DNA of 64,000 nt from Camelus dromedarius (Eukaryota). The stretch is taken from NCBI RefSeq assembly GCF_036321535.1, contig NC_087437.1:23190001-23254000 (forward strand), given 5' to 3'. The notes beneath the pieces were generated by a model. That model made no database searches. It saw only the letters and a program-made list of their open reading frames with translations, and had not been told where the DNA came from. Shown in pieces: positions 61,701-64,000 of this stretch. Made by a program: the position numbers and the translations under genes. The first letter of the stretch is position 1, and every line of letters starts with the position of its first letter.

Positions 61701-64000
61701 CCATCATCGTAGCATCTTAATTAATCAAAGATAGCTTCATTTCGTATCATAAATTTATTTAAAACTCTTCTAAATTCTATCCAGAATATGGAAGATGACA
61801 TTCTTTACTTGGACAGCATGTTTGTATGAATTTAATAACATTAGAAAAAAAATCCTTTAAGAAACAGGATACAGAATATTTAGGTACCAAATAGTATGCC
61901 CTAGTTTTTCATTGTAGGTTCTATATTAAATTTACAGACACTTTCTAAAATACAGCCATTCTATTGTATTTTTAATCAGCTTTTCTGTCTCATAGATTTT
62001 ATGTGTGGGACTGAGAAATATGTTAATACTGACAAAAATTATGTTGGATGAAACTAACTATTACTTACGAAATAGCTGAATAAACATGCTGGAGGAGTTC
62101 AGGTCACGATTTCCACAATAATTTTAGTGTAGTCTAAGTAGAAGGAGGTCTGCACAGGGTCCCTAGCTGCTGGTGGAGGTGTGTTTTTCACTTAGATTTG
62201 AATTGGAAGTTGCTTTTTTCCACTCAGACCCAAAGCAGAATAGAAATCCCTTCCCACCATGGCAGGTCAGCTCCAAGTAGGGAGAGAAGAAGACAGGGAG
62301 ATAGTGCTTTACAAAAAGAAAAACAAGGCTATTTCTGGAAAATATGTTATTGGTGGCAAACATTTTCCAAAATATATTAGAAAAAAAGAGAAAGGGACAC
62401 TCTTCAGGTCTTTTAAATTAAGATCAAAAATTCTTAGAACTTGCCTCCCCTACAGTTCCTTTCCCTCCCCCATCTCCCAAAATAAAACAGTCATTAAGGG
62501 CTGTTTACTTAGAGTCTAAACTCTTAACAATAAGGAGATAACTAAGAATTTTTTTCAGTGAGCCTAAAAGATAAAATATGAGGAAATGTCTGCTCATAGT
62601 GAGATGGTGAGGAGTGTTAGAACTCCTGACTATAGAAAAGGGATCAGTAAATTAAGTAGGACCAGATAAAGGGGATGGGGAAAACAACCCAGAATAGTGA
62701 GGTTGGGAGCATGGGTGTTGGTTTTCCATACAGGGCTAGGACAGGGTCAGTAAGCACATTGCTGGGTGCCAACGTACACTCTCCCCTCACCTGTAACAGG
62801 GACTGCTGATTCCATGGGGGGCTTTGTTTCCTGTGGATCCCACCACATCTCAACAATCCTCCTCTGCTCATCCTGGAGGTTGTCATTTCCAGCCTACCTA
62901 TGGGAGTTGGCTCATGAGAAGCAATTACTTTGCTTTCATGAGGTTAAGGAGGTCACCAACTAGTTAGAGAGGAGAAACTCATAGTTAATAACAAAAATGC
63001 ATCACATGTATAGGTTGTGTATGTGTTTATCCAGAAGCAGACTCTGTGTTGTTCTCGTCCCACTGAACACATTCAGTCACTGTCAATCAATATCTGTCTT
63101 TACAAAGTCTTGCGTTAAATAGCCTCTTCAGGGATGGTTAGAGATGGATATCTGGATCGGGGGAGCCTTACTCACAACTGGGTAAAGATTTAGGTTTCTA
63201 TCCTATGTATGGTGTGCTTCCCAAATAAGGCTTAGTTCTGTTCTCTTGTACATTATACATGAACTCTTCATTGTTTGTTTGCTTGCTTTGTTTCAGAATA
63301 ACTTACTTTCAGTCCTTTTATTCTGTGACTATGTTTTAATTCTTTCCCTAAATTCTCTATCCTTAATTTTTAACAAGTATTTATCAAAACACAACCATCA
63401 GCCCCAATCTGGTATCTTGGGAGCAGCAAACCAAGTAACAGGTGGTTTGGGTTGGCTTTGGGCATCTCACTGAAGCAGGATTGAGACTCAGCAAGATGAG
63501 TTGGACCAGGAGAATAGGGCACATATGGCCTTATAGACTTAGGGCAGTGATTCTCAACCACAGAGAACTCAACTCTTACAACACCCCGAATTCTGCTTCA
63601 ACTTCCATCTTGAAATTTTTATTTGATTGGGTTTTGGATAACTCCCAAAACAAGATATATTTCCCCAGATACTCGATATGCATCTAAAGTAGAAAACCAT
63701 CATTTTAGGGGATTAAATTCTGTTTAAGGCAAAGGGACTTTAAGGCAGGTGACTGGTTATTTATCAGGTGTTGTTTCCAAAAGTAGGCTCAGTGGCAGCC
63801 AAGAGAACCAGGCAAGTCTGCCCTGGCCCCCAGGGAGCAAACACTTCAGAGTCAATTTGCTTCAAACAGCCCTTTATCAAAATAGCTCTGTTTTTCTACA
63901 GTAGGTGTATGCCCAGGGCTACTCTGATGTCTTATTATGGTAGAGTCATATTTTGTAGTCATCCTTGAGCTATCTTTTGGTGTGGTATTTACTCTAACAT

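Noticed and set aside
1..64000. CRISPR array, operon, intact retroviral gag/pol/env, NUMT or processed pseudogene
   Set aside because: No regularly spaced repeats, no long intact ORFs, and no mitochondrial or mRNA-like sequence recognised

Overview
Mammalian nuclear DNA that is AT-rich, CpG-poor and repeat-dense. Four tRNA-derived Vic-1-type SINEs point to a camelid (camel, llama or alpaca). I found no recognisable protein-coding gene or structural RNA gene, so the window looks intronic or intergenic. The ORF track is chance ORFs or decayed transposon frames. Content is mostly interspersed repeats: L1, L2, CR1/L3, MIR, MLT1 and other LTRs, Tigger, hAT MER elements and microsatellites. Several insertions keep clear target-site duplications (TSDs). 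The most notable observations are a SINE+L1 composite inside one TSD (5114-5455), a strong recursive-splice-site-like YAG|GTAAG motif (25378/25379), a decayed Tigger transposase with an unexpectedly CpG-rich 5' end next to a TATA hairpin (26015-27000), a CpG-retaining solo LTR with a 4-bp TSD (59929-60309), and several unique stretches with enhancer-like motifs or plus-strand exon signals. I see no support for a novel multi-gene system. Repeat subfamily names are from recall of consensus motifs and need RepeatMasker/Dfam confirmation.
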